Shown: positions 48,701 through 63,208, counted from the first letter of the stretch. The stretch: 64,000 bases of DNA from Lama guanicoe (GCA_013239625.1 MU054220.1:6618626-6682625); one strand, 5' to 3'. Numbers and translations: made by a program. Notes: generated from the sequence alone by a model not told the origin.

Positions 48701-50419
48701 ATTGAAAAAAAAAAGCTCTCAATTTTCTTCCTCAGAAAGATACTATTTCTGGCAAACTTTTACGTGCCTAATGGGCAGTGTGTATATTTCATGTTTTTAT
48801 AGAACTGTCCTTAGCTTGGGATTAGAAAGTTGAATAAGCCCATTTTATATCCTCGGAGGCTCTTAGAGTTAAAAGGTAAAGGTGACTTTAGAAGAATTGT
48901 CAGTGAGCATGAATTTCATAATAACTACATGGCAGATGAGGAGAGAAAAGGGTGATGTATTCAAAATATGTAACAGCCAATAAGCCATGACTACTGACCA
49001 AGAAAACAAATGCTGGTCCTGCACCAGAGCAGAGACCTGAATTCTTGGCTGGCATTTGCCCCTCATTTGCTAGATTGTAGGGGATCCAGCCAAGTAGAAT
49101 GACCACAGCATTTTATGTGGGCCCAGCATAGCTGTACTCATGCATATCAGCTAATTCATTCCAAAAGAAATGGCAAGCGTGCCTTTCCTGGCTGCCGATC
49201 AGTTTGTTTTATCCCCTCTCAATATTAGGGAAGGAATAATTTCCAGAGCGAAGTGAGGATGTTCAGGGATTTACGCACAGGAATCCTATTCCTAGCTGCT
49301 TATGAACTTCAACAGGTGGAGTAAGTTGAAGAACCAGCCTGTATTATCACCAAAGACAAAGAGCATCCTCCCCTGCAAGTAACCTTTGTACCTCAGAGCC
49401 AATATACCTGGTTCATCATGGAGCTGGGTCCATGGGAGTGAGGAAGAAGGACCATAATTGGAAACGATGCTGAGAAAGTATCATCGTCTTACTCAGCATA
49501 ACTATAGCTAGGAAGCCTTTGAGTCATCGCTGCTAACTTCACTTAAAAAAAAATACAAAACCCAAAAAACTGCTGTACTCCTGTGAGCAGACACTGCCGG
49601 AGCCAATGTATCTGTGGTGGAACCAGCTGGACTCGATCCCGTCCTGCAACTCATCAAAAGCCTTGTGAGGTCAGTTACTGTTGCAGAATCTCCTCAGCAT
49701 TGATCCTCCCAGAGGCAGGAAGAGTTCAGCTGGGTTTTTGAATCCCACAAGGAGTCAGAGGCATTGGCACTTAGCAAATCCTCTTTTAATTCGCTCACTG
49801 AGAAAATTCAATCAAGACATCATTAAAAGAAAAGAGACCAGCAGGGCACCATTTGTCAGGTCTGTCTTTGAGCTATCCCTGCGTGTCAAGGGGTGGTAAG
49901 TGATGACAGAATTATATTTTCTTGCTTCTGAATAAGCTTCTGTCAAACAGCCCACAATTCTTTTAAAGTCAGAAACCAAGAAAAATTATGTATGTGTATA
50001 TATATATACCCATTACCCACCTGTGCCCAGCAGTAGACAACCAATTAAGCAACACCACAGTTCCACGCTCGACAGCACATTGAATTTGGAAACCTCCAGG
50101 GAGTACTGGAATCGTGAATGAAGGATGCCAGTTGAAAAGCAGGGGTTTCTGGAGAGTGATTGGGAAACAGGCAGAGCAAAAATTACGAGGAACTTTGAAG
50201 TCAGACAGACAAAGGAGTAAATCAAAATTCAGACCTTTGTTATTTTAGGCAAGTTATTAAACTCTGTGTGTTTCTGTTCTCTCATGTGTAAAAAAAAGGA
50301 ATAATACTACTTCCCAGGTGTTTCATAGTAAAACAGTCAATTTATATCAAGAGTTTGGCAAATTGAAACTGTTTCCTTGGGCTGAACTCCTCTCTTTACG
50401 TAGACATGGGCAGGTTCAG

Positions 50420-50640
50420 AAGGTGTTGTCAGCAGGCTGTTAGGATTGGAATCCCACCTCTGCCACATCCCAGATGATTGACCTGGGAGAGGATACCGTA
50501 TTTCTTCAAATTTCAGTTTGCTTAGACATAGCTTAAAATAAAAGCGTATCCTATGTCAGAGGGTTTCTGTGAGGTTGTATACTAGGTATAGTATTATGCA
50601 AAAAGTGCTTGCAGAGTTCCATGGAGGGAACCGTAACTCC
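50420..50640 (+). mobile_element. MIR SINE
   Basis: GGAATCCCACCTCTGCCAC...TTGACCTGGG...TTTCAGTTT...GTGAGGTT...ATGCAAAAAGTGCTT. Confidence 0.55.
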
Positions 50641-51227
50641 GTGAACATAGCTTATGTTGTGATTAATTATCTACTTATGAAGCTGAAGGAAAACATTTGT
50701 CTCGCCTTTGCAGCATGAGTATTTTTGACAAAGTGACAATGTCTCATTCTCGTATTTTTATATTTCATACTTCAAATTCTTGTATTTTCATCACTTTTGC
50801 ATTTTATGATTAAAACAGTTCAAAAATACTAAATATTGCTCTATAAATTATAGAACTATATAATATATTATGATAGATTTAATTACAGAGTACCACTGTT
50901 CTCAAGGCTAATATGAACGATAATAACTAAATTTTAACTCTTAACCATTGTTCCTTTTTTTTTTTTTTGGTTTTAGAGCAATAAAAAATGGAGAACTACT
51001 TTTTTATATTCATAAATGGTACAATAGCACCTCTATAGTTTTCTCAACACTGCCTGCAGCCCCAATTCTCTTTCTGTTTGATTTGAACTTGTCACCCTTT
51101 AAAATCATGTCAGGCATTTCTTTACCAATTTCTTTCCTCAGTCTACCGAGCATAGCTAGTTTTTTCTCTTCTCATCACTTCCAGAGGACCCTGAACCAAA
51201 TCTCTTTTGTGGCAGATCACACTGGTT

Positions 51228-51620
51228 TTCTTTTTATTTTGAAACAAGTTCAAATTTACAGAAAAGTTGCAAGCATAATTTGAACTTCCATATACCCTTT
51301 AACTAAACCAGTTTTACTATTTTTGCTACATTTGTTTTATAGTGTGTGTATAATTTTAACAATTATATATATATGGCTTATGTTTTTAATTATGTGAGAG
51401 TAGGTTATATTCATCATGCTTTCTTATCCCTTACTTTTAACTACAGTACAGTTAAATATAGGATATTTAACGTTGACACAATAACGTTATCAAATCTGCA
51501 ATGTTATTCTTGTCCAGTTGTTCCAAGAATGTCATTCATAGCTTGTTTAACTTCAATATTGGATGCAGTTTAGGATCATGAATGCATATGGAGTTTAGTT
51601 GTCATATATCGTTGGTCCCT
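51228..51620 (-). mobile_element. old L1 (L1MC-like) 3' end
   Basis: TTTTATTTTGAAACAAGTTCAAATTTACAGAAAAGTTGCAAG...AACTTCCATATACCCTTT. Confidence 0.7.
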
Positions 51621-53661
51621 CATACTGATTTTTTAGCTGTTTACTTTCTAGCCTTCCCTATTAGGCTTCTGCATTTTGAAGACGGGATTATTTTGTGTTT
51701 TCTATTATAATTATTTCATCACCTAACATGGTAAATGGATATACTTACTACATGTTCATTATGAATGGCTGAATAAATGAATAAACTAAATGAACCGGGA
51801 ATATTGGAACAAGATTTTATTTGAACATATTTGGCAGACTGTCACCAAAACAATGGCAGCGTGAGCCAAAACTGCAACCACAAAAACAAACAAACAAAGA
51901 TATGGTACTACAGAAGACCCTTGGAATCTCATGGGAAACTAACCAGGGCATTTGTGAATAATCATAGCTTTTTATTCCTCTGTTTCTCTCATTTGATGTA
52001 TGTCAGAAGATGGGAAAGTGTGTGAACAACAACATAGAAAAAATTGAGAATATTATATTAATTAGAGTCCGTTGTAAAAAATATATGAGAATTTCCCAAA
52101 GGGTGTTGTTGGAATTAGGTGAAGGATAGTTGTGAGACCTGCATGCACTGGTATTTGAGCTAGAATTAAGGGGCTAGAGAAGGAGAAAGGAAGTACAGGG
52201 GAAGGAGTGAGGATGAGATGAGGAAAACAGTACAAGCTACCGTGTAAAGCAGGAGTGTAAGCAGGGTAGGGGCACATATTAAATACTATTGAGTCCTCTT
52301 AGGTTTCAATGTAGGTTCTAGGGTTTTGCGTGAAATTAGAAGGCTAAGGTCTCTGGAATTGACTTGATAAGCCATACCAAGTTATTGAAGGTCTCTAAAT
52401 AGGGTTCTCTTTGATAAGAGTTGTGGTTCAACTAAACGGAGATGCATCTATCTTCTAGGAAGTATGTAACCCATTCCTATTTCAGAAAAGATAAAATATG
52501 GCAAAATAGTTTATGGAACCTCGGTGTGCATGACATGAACATTCAGTGGTTCAAATATATGGTGGTGATATTACTTCATGGTCATTAAAACTTAAGGAGA
52601 AAATGGTTTGGGCTTTTATTTTTAATGATAAACTGGTTAAGACCTTTGAGATTTTCCATATCCCAGAGCTTAATATCTGCTAAACTACAGGAAAAAAAGA
52701 AAGAAAAAAGAATGCATCTGTGTTACTATAGTTACGGTGAAGTACTTTTTTCTTCCATTAATCGAGAAACAAAACAACAAAAACAAAAAGAGAGATAAAT
52801 TTATCTTCTTCTAGTCAGCAATAACTTAGAGGAAGAAAAAGCAATAGACTCAGAACTGGTTTAAGTTTTAATGACAGACTCATTCCCTCTGAAATACGTA
52901 CAGGGAAGAAAAAAGTGTGCACTTCAAAAGACAGCGGTGGTGACCCCAAATATCATTGTTTTTATGACAAACGAAGGCTATTGGAAGGAATCCTGAAAAT
53001 TATTAACAAGCCACAGAGACCCCTTGCCTTCTTGCTCTTCGCACCTTCAAAGGCAGGCATAGCTGGAGTTCCATTAATGAGTGTCAGAGAGATCAGACGG
53101 TGATTTCCACACTACAGACCATCAGTTGTCATGACAGTCGGATGCGGTTTTTTAGGTCAGACCTAACTGTTTCTTCCTTGGACTGGAGGCAGAGTGGGTG
53201 TCAACCAGCTTTCCCCATGAGAATTGATGACTCTCCATTCTCCCGTGGAATTTCATCATAATTCAGTTGATACAAAGATGGTGTCTTTATCTAGTCCTTC
53301 TAACTGAAGGTATGAAGTTGCAGCAACTCAGACAAGAGTCTTTTCCTTTATTTGGAGGGGTCTCCATGGCTAATTCATACCTTGACAAGGTGAAGTTCAA
53401 CATGTCTTCTTTTTCCTTTCATGCTTTTATTGCTCTTACCGTATATATAGGGATACATAGCCATTGCATTTGAGCTCATAGCAGAATTGAAGACCAGTTC
53501 ATTCAACTGCCCAGACATCATGTCCCCTCATTTCTTCCTCTCTTATGCTTCCATGTTATTTTATTAATAGTATCATTATAGAACTGAACATATCACATCC
53601 CAATAATCTGGTTAAGTATCTTCTTCTCCATTAAATGGTTAAGCTGCTGCTTCTTTATGAG

Positions 53662-53870
53662 ACTGAGTTCTCCGATAATGTAGCCACTAGCCATATGTGG
53701 CTATTGAAATTAAAATTCATATAATAAAATAAAATTAAATTAAAGTTTCCTCAGTCACTCTAGCCACATTTTGCATACTCAATAATCACATATGGCTAGT
53801 GGTTACCATATTGGGCAGAGTTAGTATAAAACATCTCTATCATTACAGAAATTTCAGTTGGGTAATTCTG
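53662..53870 (-). mobile_element. MER3 hAT-Charlie MITE
   Basis: internal inverted pair GTAGCCACTAGCCATATGTGG / CACATATGGCTAGTGGTTAC and TCTATCATTACAGAAA end. Confidence 0.85.
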
Positions 53871-53878
53871 ATCTAGAC

Positions 53879-54022
53879 TCTTAGTACTCAAAGGGTGGTC
53901 CACAGACCAGCAGCACCAGCTCTTCCTAGAAGTACAGACTCTTGAACCCCCATCCCCAAACTGGTCTGCAGCTGCAATGTTACAGGGTCATTTGCATTCA
54001 CATTAAAGTGTGTAAAGTACAG
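53879..54022 (+). mobile_element. MER5-like hAT-Charlie MITE
   Basis: GTACTCAAAGGGTGGTCCACAGACCAGCAGCA...CACATTAAAGTGTG; NTCTAG-type flanks ATCTAGAC / GTCTAGTT. Confidence 0.75.
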
Positions 54023-55109
54023 GTCTAGTTAATAATCATAGTATACAGTGAGTGTTTCTAGAATGGATAAACAAATGAATGAAAATCACTCTCCTTTATT
54101 TGAATAAAGGAAAAGAAAGGAAGCCTTCAGAGTCTCGTGAATCATTTTTAGATTAGAATCACCAATTTCTCCTTGGCATCCTTATTTCCCTTTCAATATC
54201 ATTGTACTTTTTAGGGAGAATAAATGAAGGATTAGGCTATGTAAACTACATAGTTGATGTATGACTGAATGAAGTATTTTACATTTTTCAGCCTCTGTTT
54301 CAGGGTACCTCATTCATCAAAATGTATTAGGATGCCTCCATAATTTCTGTCTGCCATTTCTTAGCTGTTGGTTCTAGGGGGTGACAATCATGGAGATGTT
54401 TCTAGATGCCTCAAGAGAAACGCTGGATGATTTATCTGGAAGTATTTGTGGCAAGTTAGTTGTGGGGAATTTAAGTTTGTTTGAATAGAGAACTGCAGGG
54501 TATATCATTTTCTCCCTCTTCTGGGACCTTAAGGGGAAATAAGACATGTCAGGGAAATTTTCCCTTTGTTTAAAAATATTATAGATACTAATCTTTAATG
54601 GTTTGTTGTGTAAATACTTTGCTAAGCTGAAGGACTCATCTTGAAATAAAGATTGTTAGGGAGAAAATCCTTGATACTTCTCTGTATTGGTATTATCACC
54701 TTGGTTAATGGAATATTGTAGCTTATAGATTTTTTTTTAAATGAATTTTTGTTTTCAGACTACTTGCTCTATCTTCTTTAATTTGGATGGGTATGTTGGG
54801 TTTATCTGTGTCATCATTGGTATTTCAAAGGGACAGCTCATTTCCTGAATTCCAAGGAAAGATCACCAAATGGTATTTTGAATGTGTAGTGTGCATGACA
54901 GTGTGTGTAATTTCTGCCCTGCCCTAGGAAAAACTTCTGTCTGAACATCATCCTTGTTCCAGCCTGAGCTGGAGAGTTGAAAGCTACTTATGTTGGTGGT
55001 GAAGCTATAGGGTAGAGATGCACAAACAATAAAACTCTTCTGCAGAAACAAGGAAAAAGTAAAGATGCTTGCCACAAATGAGCTTTACTAAACCACCCAC
55101 ATTGCAAAT

Positions 55110-55290
55110 ATCTTGAGTCTCAGCTGTGCTATTCACTGTGACCTCAGATCTGTCATTTCACCTCCTTAGGCCTCTGTTACCTTAGACGTGAAATGAACGT
55201 AAGAATAGTACCTTTCTCGTGGGATTGTTGTGAGGTTGTTTGAAGAATTAAATAATTTAATATAAATTGGATGCTTGGTGCCTGCAGATA
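55110..55290 (+). mobile_element. MIR SINE
   Basis: CTGTGACCTCAG...GTCATTTCACCTC...AATAGTACCT...GGATTGTTGTGAGG. Confidence 0.65.
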
Positions 55291-55404
55291 TGAGTGTTGC
55301 TGGTTTTTTTGTTTGTTTGGGCTGTGTCCACTCTGAGAACAAAGCTCAGGTTCTCATAGGGTTTACCTGGTCTAGGCATTTACATAAACTTAAAGAGATT
55401 TTTA

Positions 55405-55593
55405 AAATTTAATTTAATGTTCTTATTTCCTTATAGTTGATTTACAATGTTGTGTTAATTTCTGGTGTACAGCGTAGTGATTCAGTTATACATATATATA
55501 TTCTTTTTGACATTTTTTTTCGTTATAGATTATTACAAGATACTGAATATAGTTCCCTGTGCTACTTAGTAGGACCTTGTTGTTTATCTATTT
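55405..55593 (-). mobile_element. 5'-truncated L1 3'UTR
   Basis: TAGTTGATTTACAATGTTGTGTTAATTTCTGGTGTACAGC...AATATAGTTCCCTGTGCTA...GGACCTTGTTGTTTATCTA. Confidence 0.85.
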
Positions 55594-56551
55594 GAAGAAA
55601 TTTTTGAACTTAGTACCTTTTGAATATGTGGAAAGAAGATGCAAATATGAATAACCACTTGTTTTGCAAAGAGGACTGTATGCTAATGTTATAAGTCGAT
55701 TACACTTCAATAAAAAATAAGAATTAAAAAAAGAGAGAACTATCTTATTTACCCTCAGATGGGCACTAAATGTTAAGATTCATCAGCCAGTGACACGTAA
55801 TATGATGCTGGAAATAGAAATGAACTGAACTTGAAGCAAGAAGGAAAGGAAAACTTCATTTATCAGAGACTGAAAGTCAAGAAATAGAGTGATCATTGAG
55901 AAGGAAAGTTCCTCTGAGAAACTAAAATTCATGAGAAATATTAGTAATTAAGTGGATGAACAGTCCTTGAAATTCAGTTTCTCTGAAGAAAAGATGCCCA
56001 GAGCAGACTTCAGTGTATCCTATATTGGACGGAAGAGAAAAATACAAACACCATAATGTTTACAAATACAAAAAAAAAATTATGAGACCATTTAGAGGAG
56101 CTCCATTATATAATAAAGCCCTTGGCCAGGAGTTCAGGTCCCACTTGTTTACACACATGGGCTGTGAAGCCCTAGGAGTTCCATGCTCCCTACTCGACCC
56201 CACACTCAGCTAATACATTGATGGATACTGATGTCACAACAGCAAGTACCCTGACATTCCAACACACCACTTAAAATGGTTAAAGGAACATTGAACAATC
56301 AGAGGCTCTCTTATGCTCCAGCATTTTCCAAATAGGACACAACTCAGTTCTGAGTCATGTTACGTGAAGCCATTGAATTCTTCTCCCCTCTTTTATCTAA
56401 CCATCTTCACAAGAATGATATGGGGCCATGCTGTTTTCAGGGCTGTAAATATTAAACAGTAAGTGGTTTAATATTTGGGCTCTTTTCCCTGACTTTGAGA
56501 TGGCTAAGACACCTTGGATTTGAAAAATTTGTTCTGTAAAAAATAGCAAAG

Positions 56552-56670
56552 ATACACACACACACACACACATATACAAACACACATATATGCACATATA
56601 CACATGTATACATTTATATGTCTGCATTATATGTTATATGTATTATATGACATGTATGTAATATATATAA
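56552..56670. repeat. (CA)n/(TA)n compound microsatellite
   Basis: direct reading. Confidence 0.85.
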
Positions 56671-58109
56671 AATAGTTCATATTCATCTCCTGATGAATAT
56701 GCATAGAGCAATGATCTGCTCAGAATAGGACCTTCAAAATGATTGACTGAATGAATCCACTCTGACATTTATTCATTTAGTTTTTAACCAATATTTATTG
56801 GTTAAAATAGTAAAGTCAGATGCCTATGGCCCAAAATATGCTACTTGCATAAGTTATTTAAAAATCATGACAATATTTTTATCTATAAAATCAATTTAAT
56901 AAAAATATTATTTCCCTGCTCTAGTGCCACCTCTTCCAGGAAGCCCTCCCAGACTACAATCACAGGTGATTTCTCTACTAACTGTCATAAACCTCTGCCA
57001 ACCCTTACAGGGCTCTTAACACAACAATATGAAAACTATATTATGAGCCCCTGGAAGGCCATAACAAAGTTTGATTCATATTTACCATCAATAGGACTGC
57101 TATCTGGGAAATCCTCTACTCAGTGAAGATAAGGCCAGTCATAACTGCAGACCCTTTATTCAGGTAGTGTGGGGAAGGCGGAGGGAAAGGCAGATTCATC
57201 ACAGTAGGGCAAGGAGCAGGGAAAGGAAGCTGCAGTTTGGAAGGAGCAGTGTCAATGAGGGGAAGAGGAATGGGGGGGGGGGAGAAGGAAGCAGTTAGTG
57301 AGGCCAGACGCAGGAGAGCAAGAAGTGGCAGGTGGTCCACAGGCGCCAGGGAGGGTGCCCGGGCAGTGATCCAGATGAACCTGGAGTCTATAGGAGAGAA
57401 AGAGAGGATCGGGGGTCTAAAGAACAGGAAGAACAGAAGGGAAATCATAGAGATCCTAAATGCAAAAACTGTCATACTAAACGCACTTTGGGAAGAGGTT
57501 AGTGCTTCTTGAATCAGAGCTAGACTGCAGTCTGAAGCCTTGCTCTGTCCCGTGAGAGCTGTGAGCTGTGGTCAACTCACCCAGCCTCACCTGTGAACGC
57601 TGCCTCTGCTCCACCTCCCGTCTCCAGTGGGAACAGAATCCCAGGTCAGCTGAGGGCCAGTCTGGCTTCTCCGACTCTAAACTTACCTTATGTCTTCCAT
57701 GCTAGACTGCAAACTTAAAGGACTTTCTAAGTCTCTATTTAAATATATATGTACATATACATACGTATATGTCTATATATAAATATATGTACCTGCAAAC
57801 ATAAAAACAGATAAAGGTGTACACAAAGGACTTTAATGAAATGTCCTGTTTTGCTTTTGGTTAAGGATGGGCCTGTAACATGCTAATGGAATCATGTCTG
57901 CTCGAGATCATCTCTACTCACAAATACTTCAACTAGACTCTGAATTCAGAGACTAGCTCCTTCAAGGCAAATTCAGTGTTTGTTTCTGCTTTCTTTTTTG
58001 TTGTTGATGTTTGCTTGAGTTTTTGGTTTTGTTTTAATTTGTTTCCGCCACTTGCAGCCTCTCAACATGGTGTCCGGGGTGTCTGATATAAAGTGATAAT
58101 GAAAACAAT

Positions 58110-58360
58110 AGCTACCACGTGAGGCTTCTTTGCCATGCAGCAGGCTGTGTATGATGGCTTTTCATTCTCACAACCTCCCTGGGAGGTTGATACTACCGTT
58201 GCACTAATTTTACGGATGAAGGAACCGAGATGCACTGAGGAATGGAAGTCGGTATTTGTAATAACTCTCATTCACAGATGAGAAAACCACGGCATCAAGA
58301 GATCAAATAATGTGCCCAAATCACATAGGTAGTGAGCAGTGGAGTTCAGATTCAAAACCA
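58110..58360 (-). mobile_element. MIR SINE(s)
   Basis: CTCACAACCTCCCTGGGAGGT...ATTTTACGGATGAAGGAACCGAG and ACAGATGAGAAAAC...TGCCCAAATCACATAG...GATTCAAA. Confidence 0.75.
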
Positions 58361-59853
58361 GATGTTCCCCTTTCGTGCATTTTTTAAGCGTTTCCCAAAT
58401 ATTCGCATTTCTGCATTTTATGAAAATAAGGCTAAGAAAACATTGCCAGTGAGATTCTTTACAGGTAGATGGGCCATCTTTGCATATGGCTAAGTAAGAT
58501 CAAACACTTAAAACGTTTATTTGTGTCTGTGGCTTTCTTCGAAAGATACCTCATCTCTCTCCCCAGGATTTGCTGACAAGACAAAATGTGGTTTTGATGT
58601 GACAAAATGTGATGTTTGGTTTTGTTAACCCTGGGTGCTTTTTGGAAGGAGAGCTGTGCTGGTGAAAACTAAGACTCAGTGCTAAGTGATGCATTTCTAT
58701 AATACATCCATGAATAATTACTTAGAGCTTTTCATAGCCTTTTCATTTTCATCATCTTCATTGATTCTTGAGCTATCTGGTGAGGTAGTCAGGGAAGAAT
58801 TATGGCTGGAGTTCAGATCCCCTCTCTTCCACTGACTGTATGACATTGGGAAATTGTTTAGTTTCTGTGTGACTCCGTAGAATATGCACACTGGTCTGAA
58901 ACAATTTCTTCCATTTTGAGTTTTGTGTCATTGATGAGACTTACCTGAGAAATTACGTTCATGGGTGTAACCAAAGATGAGTACAGACTTAGTCTGTTTC
59001 TTCATACCACTTGCAGAATAGTAAAATTAAAAGACCTAGTAAACATTCACTTGATAGCATTGAATTATTTAAATATATACTGAAGTAAATCATTGAACCT
59101 ATGTTAACATAGAAGGAAGATTTGTCATTTTATGTACATCAATTAAAACAGGTTGTAATAAAAATAATAATAATTATGCATCTGAAAAATTAACCTTCCT
59201 TTAGGTCTAACGATAGCACTGTTAATAGATCATTCCAGGCAATGAAGATCTTAATCTTTTGCATTTGTAAAAAGTGTCCAGGTATTTACTCCTTTTCACA
59301 CAACTGAACGCACATCAGCCTCCTGTAATAAGCCCACATAGTTTAAATTCAGAATTTAAATTAAGAAGTAAGTCTTAATAAGTTTACTTAGCTACTCAAT
59401 TTACTAATAAGGCATTTTTCCTGCTTCCTGGCCTGTTTATCTCAAATAATATTCTTGCAGAACTGTGAGACTATTTCCAGCTTCCATCTCAGAAATGGTG
59501 AGGTAATTAGAAGAAAAATTAATCTGCCCTGAAGTTCACAGTCACTTTCCAGAATTCAGTGAAGTGAGTTTGCGCCTTTTGGGCTTAGATGAGAACATGG
59601 GTGGATCTTCCTGTCTGTTGAGGAAATGGACAACACCCTGTATGTTTACAGGAGGATTAAAGGTCCTTTCACTTATCTTGCCTGGTTGGTGTGTCTTAAA
59701 TGCTTTAAAGAGGATTTGCTTGGGTCAGATACTTGCCCAAGACCACACAGAAAAGCAGCTTTTTGATCTTGTCTGTATTTAGATTCTTTGCCCTGGAAGA
59801 AGGTTTTTGTTTATTATAATGGATTATTATTCTGGATACACTAAAGCCTAGAT

Positions 59854-60478
59854 CAGGGGCCAGTGACCATTTTCAGTAAAGGACCATGTATTAGTTTCCT
59901 ATTGCTGCTGTAACACACAAACTTAGTGGCTTAATGTAACACCAGTATATTCTCTTATAGTTCTGGAGGTCAGAACTCTGGGCTTAAACCAAACTGTGAG
60001 GGGTCTTGCTTTCCCTCTGGAGGCTCCAGGGAAGAATCCATTTTCCAGTTTCTAGAGGCTGCATGTCTTCTTTGGCTTATGGTCCCTTCCTTCATCTCTA
60101 CAGCTAGCAGTGTATCATCTTTTTCCTCTTTGACATCTGCTTCCATCCTCACATTTTCTGACTCTGATCCTCTTATCAGGACCCTTATTATCCTTAATCG
60201 TCTCTGCAAAGTCCCTTTTACCATGTAAGGTAATAACATAATCACAGGTTCCAGGGACTGGGATCTGGACATCTTTGAGAGGCCGTAAGTCTCCTTATCA
60301 TAGGCCAGATAGTAAATATTTTAGATTTTGAAAGTCAGACAGTTTATGTGGCAACTACTCAACTCCGCTATAGGCAGTTTGTAAACAAATGGGCATGGCT
60401 GTGTTCCAGTAAAACTTTATTTACAAAAACAATCAATGGTCAGGATTTGGCCCAAGGGCTCTAGTTTGAAAGCCTCTA
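59854..60478 (+). mobile_element. MER58A hAT MITE split by MLT1
   Basis: CAGGGG...GTAAAGG|GGCCAGATAGTAAATATTTTAG...GGCTGTGTTCCAGTAAAACTTTATTTACAAAAAC...GATTTGGCCC; TSD GCCTAGAT/GTCTAGAC; strand label is nominal. Confidence 0.88.
59887..60302 (-). mobile_element. MLT1D-like MaLR solo LTR
   Basis: TGTATTAGTTTCCTATTGCTGCTGTAAC...TCTGCAAAGTCCCTTTTACCATGTAAGGTAA...CACAGGTTCCAGGGA; 5-bp TSD GACCA/GGCCA. Confidence 0.88.
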
Positions 60479-62430
60479 GTCTAGACACATAGCATCTTAC
60501 ATGGATGTTCCTAAAAAATATTTCTTGATTATGTTTAAATAAGTAAGTAAATAAGTCAGTAAATACATAATAAGCAGATCGGTCAACCAGTCAATCAGGG
60601 ATTGGGCAGACGTCCTTACAGATTTGGGGGCTTGGTGTTCTAAGGAAAAACTCCTACTGAATAGAAAACTTTTCCCACACATTTTTTTCATAGCTCCTAG
60701 ATCCTGACCTCAATACGAGATTAACTCTCACTCTGTAAATCCGTCCCCTTGCCATAGACACTGTACAGATGCATTGATGCAAATGGAATCCAGAGGATCA
60801 CGATTGACTTCCTTTTTACTCTCTATGTAACGTGGAGCTGTTTTGAAAATATAAATGCCTATTGACAAAAGACCAGTTGTGCATTTTTTAAAAGTCATGA
60901 AAGATACACAGAAGAAGAAATTATGAATCTGATAGTAACAAGTTTGCTATGATTTTTATCTCCAAAACCTTGAAACCTTAAAGAGTTTGGAACACAGATC
61001 ATAGACACCATGGGAGAAATGTTTGCAGCCCATCTTCTTGCCTCCTAGTAACCAAATGAAGCCTCGATGTTGCAAGTGAAGTGGAACAACTCTGTTACCT
61101 GTGCTAATCATCTTTTGATCCTTGCCATGTGAATAGATTCATGATCTGACATTTGCTATTCTAGTCACAATAGCTCTTGTCTCAGCAATTCAATTTTCAG
61201 TGTCTCACGAATTTAATACCTGCTCTATTATCAGAGGACTTGTGATAACTTATACAGCTGAACCTTTTCCAAATTTCCTGTTCATCTTAACCTTTCCACC
61301 TTTCCATCTGGGTGTAGAGGATGGCCTTGTGAAAAGGCAGATTTTTTCAACATACTTTCATCACGCATGGCTATGTGCTAGAGTTTCAGTGTGACCAGGA
61401 CACAAGATCTCAAATGCGTCAGAGAATGGACAGCTTCGGTTGGATTTAGACAGAAAAAGAAAAAGCGAAAGCACTAAAGATGCATATAATTTGAGCCTTT
61501 TGAAGGACTGCTTTTCCCTTGAATCTCCAAAGTTGTTTTCAGTCATGGCAGTAGCCTCTAACACCCAGAAGGAAACTCCCCATCTCTGACTCTTTCCAAA
61601 CCTGTGCATCTTTGGGTAAATGGCCAGGTTTCAGAATCTAACTTGGGAGACATTCCACCTCTCAGCAATTTTCAGGTAACTGAGATCTACCTTGAGCCCA
61701 GGGACTAAGTATCAATTCTCTGACTTGGGTGAGCAGCACCTTTAGCTTTCGCCAGTGCCAGAACATGCCCCGTCAGGCAGATATTGCAAAGAGAACTGTG
61801 GAACTTAATTTCCATGAAGAGATGGAGGAGGACCAGTTATCTCTAGTATATAGAAGCTGAATTATGTTATCAATCCATAGAATAATCCCTTTGTCTCCCC
61901 ACAGACTTGATCCAGAAAGATTAGTCACTGAAACTTACTTTTATTGTATACATACATATACGCACATACATACTGCAAATAAAACAACAAAGTAAAAATA
62001 AACAATTATGTATTTATTGAGTTCAAATTTATAAATTTTCAATTAGAGAACAAAATTTGAAATCACTGTTGACATCTAATTATTATTCTTTTATTTGGCT
62101 AGATATCAAAAAGGAAGTACAAATTCACATGCATTAGAAGTTTGGTAATGAAACTTTTTAAATGCAATTTTAAAATTTTTTTCATAAATACTTTTGTCAT
62201 AAATTTTTGTGGGTTTTTTGAAATTTTATGAATTTTTTTCATAAATAGTACAAAAGAGCTTTCAATAAGAATAGTAGAAAATCCTTCCTTCCTTTCTCCT
62301 TTTCTTCTTTCATGTAACATATTCTTATTGATTGCATACTATGCACCAGCCCTTACTTATAATCCAAATAAAATTAACATCATCAAACATTTTATAATTG
62401 CTTATGTTTCTTATTAAAAAGTGAAAGTCA

Positions 62431-63208
62431 CATACGAGTGATCTCATATGGTATTTTTCTTTCTCTTTCTGGCTTACTTCACTTAGAATGACATTCTCCA
62501 GGGACATCCATGTTGCTACAAATGGCATTATGTTGTCGGTTTTTATGGCTGAATAGTATTCCGTTGTATAAATATACCGCCTCTTCTTTATGCAGTCATC
62601 TGTTAATGCACATTTAGGCTGTTTCCATGTCTTGGCTATTGTAAACAGTGCTGCTATGAACATTGGGGTGCAGGTGTCTTTTTGAAGTAGGGTTCCTTCT
62701 GGATATATGCCCAGGAGCGGGATTCCTGGGTCATATGATATGTATATTCCTAGTCTTTTGAGGAATCTCCATACTGTTTTCCACAGTGGCTGCACCAAAC
62801 TGCATTCCCACCAGCAGTGTAGGAGGGTTCCCTTTTCTCCACAACCTCTCCAGCATTTGTCGTTTGTGGACTTTTGAATGATGGCCATTCTGACCAAAAA
62901 AAAGAACATAAATACAAAACAGAAACAGACTCATAGACATAGAATACAAACTTGTGGTTGCCAAGGGGGCAGGGGATGGGAAGGGACAGACTGGGATTTC
63001 AAAATTTGTAGATACTGACAGGCATATGCAGAATAGATAAACAAGATTACTGTATAGCACAGGGAAATATATACAAGATCTTGTGGTAGCTCACAGCAAA
63101 AAAAAAAAGTGTGGCAATGAATATATGTATGTTCATGTACAACTAAAAAATTGAGCTCTACACTGGAATTTGATACAACATTGTAAAAGGACTATAACTC
63201 AATAAAAA
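62431..63208 (+). mobile_element. young L1 with 5' inversion: 62431-62895 minus, 62896-63208 plus
   Basis: minus strand encodes the ORF2 C-terminus ([31 protein letters not shown]...TCTPMFIAALFTIAKTWKQPKC); plus strand 3'UTR and polyA; TSD AAAGTCA (62424-62430, 63209-63215); 3'UTR of the same type as 41442-44434. Confidence 0.95.

Noticed and set aside
53678..53806. Long imperfect hairpin as a miRNA or ncRNA
   Set aside because: It is the internal inverted repeat of the MER3 MITE.
57116..57512. 119-aa and 91-aa opposed ORFs
   Set aside because: Purine-rich low-complexity DNA without recognisable homology.
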